DNA of 64,000 nt from Octopus sinensis. Taxonomy: Eukaryota. The notes beneath the pieces are model-generated. The model worked only from the letters and a program-made list of their open reading frames with translations, was not told the DNA's origin and made no database searches. Positions 61,980-64,000 of this stretch are shown piece after piece (position 1 is the first letter of the stretch; each line of letters begins with the position of its first letter). Made by a program: the position numbers and the translations under genes. The stretch is taken from assembly GCF_006345805.1 (NCBI RefSeq), contig NC_043008.1:39990001-40054000 (forward strand), written 5' to 3'.

Positions 61980-63135
61980 TTTTTGACGTATTTTCACGAG
62001 ACACACTAGGAAGTCTCCCCCTTTGAGTGTTGCTTAGGAAAGGCCTGGATATCAAAGTACGGCCGATCATCCTCCGTACGCTCCAACTTTGGAGTAGGAG
62101 ACATATTTCTTCAGACATTTGGGGGATTTCCTTGTGACGTCTCATGCTTTAGTGCTAATGCCTGATTGGAAAACCATCTTAGGTGCACGACTTGATAAAG
62201 AGAACCAAGAATCACCCGATTATCGATAAAAGAGTTTTGAGTCAGTCACTTCCAGATGGCTGACAGGTGCTGACTGTATTTCTCGACCTGGCAAACAACA
62301 CCAAATGGGATAGAGAGAGAGTATTTCGTAGGCCTGCAGATAGAAGTAGCATAAGTTTTCCACAGTACAAAGTCATTTCTTATACACACAACAAATCTCT
62401 GACCTGTACGGTCGGCATATATAGGATCCATACGTAAGACCTCCGATACTGGAAACAGAAGGTTTCATTCTCGGCGCGTATTAGGAAGTTAATCTATCGG
62501 AATTTGTTGGATGCAATCGTCGACAACCTTCGATGGAGAGCTCTGAAACGAGCAATTAGAATAGAATTTAGTAAAGGAATAACGTTAAGGGTCCTTGATA
62601 AATGTAGATTTGGTTTGGAAACTAAAAGAAGAGCTTAGAAATGTCATATGGAACGTCGTACTCTGGGCGAGATTGGCTATTTATCGACTCTTCAGTGTCA
62701 CGCAGAAAGGTTACGTTGTCAGAGCTAGAGTACTGCGCTAAGACACGGGGGAATAAGAGCTGTTTGAAGGGCCTGGGTAGCAGAGATGCTACGTGGCAAC
62801 AAGCCACAATTCGGTCATTGGTAGATTTGAAAGACGTAAGCTACACCAGTATAAGCAGATGTGTTCGGAATTGCAGCTGCAATCTCCCGAACTGTAACTA
62901 GTACACAGTGAATCGGAGACACGGTTGGATTTCACCTCCGACGTCGAACGCATGCCATGCGTTTCTGGCGGGAACGCGCTATCCTGGTAAATAACAATAA
63001 CAGCCGAAGACACACGGGATGCGATGGTTAGCTGTACGAAGTTGCGTGGTCTATTACTGTTATTCCTACGTAACTGGAGTCTTTTGTCATCTGTCAAGTC
63101 ACAAGAAGGATCTCAGACTAATAAGACTTTCTTTA
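61980..63135 (+). mobile_element. Tx1/L1-clade LINE ORF2 N-terminal relic (APE endonuclease, linker, start of RT)
   Basis: VLLRKGLDIKVRPII; QMADRC.LYF; DRERVFRR..FPQYKVISYTHNKSLTCTV..RYWKQ; WRALKRAIRIE; GYVVRARV..GNK.ATIRSLVD; ITAEDTRDAMVSC. Confidence 0.75.
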
Positions 63136-63192
63136 AGATGTGCGCTGCTTTTTCAGGCCCAAATTTTAGGACTTGTGCCTATAGTAGAAAGG

Positions 63193-63250
<58 letters not shown>

Positions 63251-63278
63251 GTATTACTATTATGATTATTATTATTAT

Positions 63279-63671
63279 TGAGTGAGAGAGCAGCTCATGC
63301 CATCAAAGTGACACTGGGGTGAAATATACGAAGCCCAATATACCTATGATGACTACCCGTCTGATAAGGGTACACCAGGCACATGCATCACAACCATATG
63401 TGCGCGACATGGTGATCTCATAAAAAGATAAAGAGCACATGACCCTGCAGGTGGGGCCCAGTTAGAATTTTCGTCTGGTTGAGTAGCCCATCCCGCTCAA
63501 AAGGTCCCTGAATAAGGATTGTTTAAGGATGTTGAAAGAACCGCCCATGTTTCCAGAGGTGAATTATTCAAACCCCAAATATTCCCTCTCAACACATGGC
63601 TATGATGCTCCCCCACTACTTCTGCTCGTGATCAGAGATGCACATATCGTCAGCCACTAAGGGACATGCTC
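63279..63671 (-). mobile_element. Family D retroposon copy 3 inside (ATT)n
   Basis: Starts tgagtgagagagcagctcatgccatcaaagtgacactgggg, as copy 1 does, and is truncated earlier. Confidence 0.9.
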
Positions 63672-63729
<58 letters not shown>

Positions 63730-64000
63730 GTTGTTGTTATTGTTGTTGTTGTTGTTGTAAATTTTATTGCGAAGGTCATAATATTAATCTCAGGCATAAC
63801 TTTTTTCTTTGGTATATTACTTTTGTCTCCCTGTCTCAGGCGTTGTATTTCTAAAAAATTTTACAGATCTTCCGCTGTTATCTCTCCAATAGTTTCTATA
63901 GCCGAAATCTAATTAAATGAATTTATTATTTTCTCTTTTACTGGGCAAATCGTTTCTTCTACTCAACTAGACAAAAGGTAATAAACAACAAGTTATAAAA

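Overview
AT-rich eukaryotic non-genic (intergenic or intronic) DNA, very probably from an octopus. That assignment is my recognition of the repeat families, not a database result. The window is dominated by microsatellites ((TA)n, (CA)n, (TACA)n, (TATC)n, (AAT)n, (CAT)n, (CTT)n), which account for most of the ORF track, and by transposon relics. I could not confidently identify a host gene, only a few low-confidence exon candidates. The supported content is: (1) several Penelope-like element (PLE) families, including a nearly full-length but frameshifted RT + GIY-YIG element at 41.5-45.9 kb with inverted pseudo-LTRs and a decayed minimal hammerhead ribozyme; (2) a second PLE family whose 3' region appears to carry a tRNA-like Pol III module upstream of a hammerhead; (3) non-coding ~700-bp units with PLE-type direct and inverted terminal repeats; (4) relics of mariner, Tc1-like DD37E, maT-like, HERO-like, R4/Dong-like and Tx1/L1-like elements; (5) a Merlin-like MITE, several tRNA-derived SINE families (one mobilised as a dimer) and an (AAT)n-targeted retroposon. 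All alignments were made by eye, so coordinates are approximate to a few bases and family names are not database-verified.
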